A DNA stretch of 64,000 bases from Lama glama (Eukaryota). A program made the position numbers and the translations under genes. Every line of letters begins with the position of its first letter. Position 1 is the first letter of the stretch. Where the stretch lies: NCBI GenBank assembly GCA_028534125.1, contig CM052832.1, forward strand, positions 23,810,001 through 23,874,000. Reading direction: 5' to 3'. Under the pieces are notes generated by a model. That model was not told where the DNA came from and searched no databases. It saw only the letters and a program-made list of their open reading frames with translations. This document shows positions 61,670 to 64,000 of the stretch, piece by piece.

Positions 61670-63948
61670 TCTGGAAAAACACGGCACAAATGGAGGCCAT
61701 GTGAGAGTCAGGGAGGATTAGCAAGCTGACACCATTAAACTTAACGGCAGCAAAAGGAAAACAATAATGGCTCGGAATGGCTTTCATTACCTGGAGAGTA
61801 CTACATGTCAGGAAAGTAGGTGAAATTCAACAAGACATAAAACTCGAGGCAGGAAAAAAACCCAAATTCTATTGAGCTTATTTTCTATTCAATTCAATGA
61901 TGTTTACAAGCCTTGTATGCAATGCGCAGATATTCACACTCTTTACCCCATCATCAAGTGTCTCCTCGGATGCTTCTTTGTTCTACGATGTAATTTAGGT
62001 CCAGTACTTACTTAAAAGCCCACGAACATACATCTCATAATACTGACAACTCTTCTCCTAATTGGTAATAGTATATTTCAACTACTTCCCATAATTCTTG
62101 CTGTTAAAGTCTAATTCTCCAGGGAACCCTAAAACCACTGATAATCCTGGTTTACTAGTTACCTTAAACCAAAGAGCCCAGCACAGAAGTATGAGAACAT
62201 CACGCTACATCACTCAGACCATCACCTCTAAGAGTGAACTGTCTTCTACTTATCATAATTTGTTTGTGTCTTTGTTGACAAATTATTTTAAATTACAATT
62301 ATTCTAAATGGTGGAGGTTTTAATTTAAAATAATAAAAATGGTTATTTCCCTTTGCTGCTGGTTATTTTTAAAGAAAATTTAGTTTTAGGTGGGGTGGGT
62401 TTTGGAGAAAAGGATCTTCAGTCACCCAACCCTCTTGGCTGGGGTAAATTGGTTCTGAAGCTGACTAAGGGATTAAGAATAAAAGTGGGGCTCAGTATCT
62501 ATTCTTCCTGCTTCCAAACAGACCTCAGACAGCTACACTTAGTGTCCGCAGGGCAAATACTTTAAAATTACTGGTCCTGGAATGTAATGTTATTAAGGCT
62601 ACATATGATGAATGGAACCCAATCTAATTTGACCAGGTGCATGAGAACCAGCATATGGGTACCATAATTCTGACCACACCAACCTGACTGCTTTGGGCAA
62701 AATCAGGCTGCTGCCCCAGAGAGAGGGAAACATGCCTCATCTCAATCAGTGCCCGTAGTCCTCCTCACTCTTTTGAACTTTCCAAGCATCATTCTGAGCC
62801 AAAGAGGACTAGTATGTTCCTGCATCACACACCACACTGCCCTGGAGCGTGGGGAAATTTTATTTCTCTAAGGTGTGTAAAGATTTCCTGTGGCTGCTGG
62901 GAACCAGGTAATGCATTTATTTTCTGTATTTTGTATTTCGTGAGTTTTGAGCTTAGGCATAATGACTTGCCACTGCCATTTTTAAAAGCAAGGTTATACG
63001 TATCGAAACACATGGATGGCTTTGTAATTCTCTGTCCAAATGTCAGATGGTCATCAGATACGGATGGGGGAGTTCACTGTCTGTTTTGGAAAGTCATCTC
63101 CTCTGAAACTGCCAGCAGCTACTCTTTCAAAATATGGGGCAGTGTTCTCTGCGCAGCTGAAATCAGCATCTAATCCCAAGAGGATTCAAAATTAGAAGTT
63201 TCTCATCTATTCTTTTCCTCTTAACGTCAGAGCTTTTGCTTCCATCGCAATTAAAAAAAAAAAAGACGAAATTTAACTGAATCCTTTACGTAATCTTACA
63301 AGTGAACTGGGTATCCTGTAGGTGGGTGAAGGCCATTTGAGAAATGATAAAAGCCCCTCAAACCTTTTAATAGTTGCCCATCTGTTCACAGTTATCTATG
63401 TTCTGTGTTACTCAACGTGCCAAATGTTACCACCATAGGCCTAGCCCATGATAGAAAAAAATGTGTTTGCTTTGTTAGCAAGCACCCTATCCCCCAAAAG
63501 AAAAGCACCAGCAGCTCCCAGAGCTGTTCAGAAAGGTCTGGCCCATTTCACACATCGGACTGCTGTCCCTGACTGTGGCTTAATCAGCCTCCTTGACAAG
63601 ACTCAAACTCCCACTATCTAATAGGGCTCCGTACGTTGAAAGACAGGCAGGAGTTAGCCCATAAACTGCAGGGCCAGGCAGATTGGTGTGGAATGCAGTC
63701 TAAAAGTGAATCAGATGTCACTTCATGTAAAGTCACCATGAGCTGAAGTCCTGCCACAACCTCTTAAGAGGTCAAAACACAGCTCATGCAAGGAAGCTGG
63801 AAAGATGCCTCTGGGTTTTAAATTTTAGAACAGTTTCTAGGAGACACGGAAGAACAAATAAAAGAAAGAATACACCACGATATCAAAAATATACATGCTA
63901 GCATTCCCAGAGAAAATGACCGAGTCCAAGACGGCTGTGTCTCACAAA

Positions 63949-63972
63949 ACACACACACACACACACACACAC
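63949..63972. repeat. (CA)n microsatellite
   Basis: Directly visible. Confidence 0.95.
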
Positions 63973-64000
63973 TTCTCCCCACATGTGCCCTCAGCTGCTA

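Larger units (their letters stand above)
1..64000 (-). other. CAP2: Interior of the CAP2 transcription unit (three coding exons plus introns)
   Basis: Three in-frame CAP2 exons lie on the minus strand. The exon holding the ATG is preceded by a splice acceptor, implying an upstream exon. The last exon ends in a donor (GTAAGA), and I found no following CAP2 exon (NDVA.LLKP-type peptide) in 1-34390. Confidence 0.9.

Noticed and set aside
1..64000. CRISPR arrays, operons, defence or other prokaryote-type systems
   Set aside because: This is mammalian intronic DNA with no regularly spaced repeat-spacer arrays or gene-dense regions.

Overview
This is AT-rich, repeat-rich mammalian genomic DNA, most likely camelid. 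The camelid call rests on four tRNA-derived SINEs resembling Vic-1 and on camelid-type L1 3' ends. The whole window lies inside the CAP2 (cyclase-associated actin cytoskeleton regulatory protein 2) transcription unit on the minus strand. Three consecutive coding exons are visible: 61549-61670 (contains the ATG), 57625-57725 and 34391-34468. They splice in frame with canonical AG/GT sites to give residues 1-100 (MAEMQGLVERLERAVGRLE...MASQYQQPQE). I could not find the non-coding first exon or the next coding exon, so they probably lie outside the window. The rest is intronic: L1, L2, MIR, MaLR/ERVL/ERV LTRs, hAT MITEs, microsatellites and two assembly gaps, both inside young L1 insertions. I found no convincing novel biological system. 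The best second-look items are an AG|GT dual splice motif with an overlapping uORF just upstream of the start exon, an intronic CpG-undepleted patch, candidate SRF/muscle enhancer motifs and several informative retrotransposition scars. Repeat subfamily names and most repeat boundaries come from pattern recognition and are approximate.
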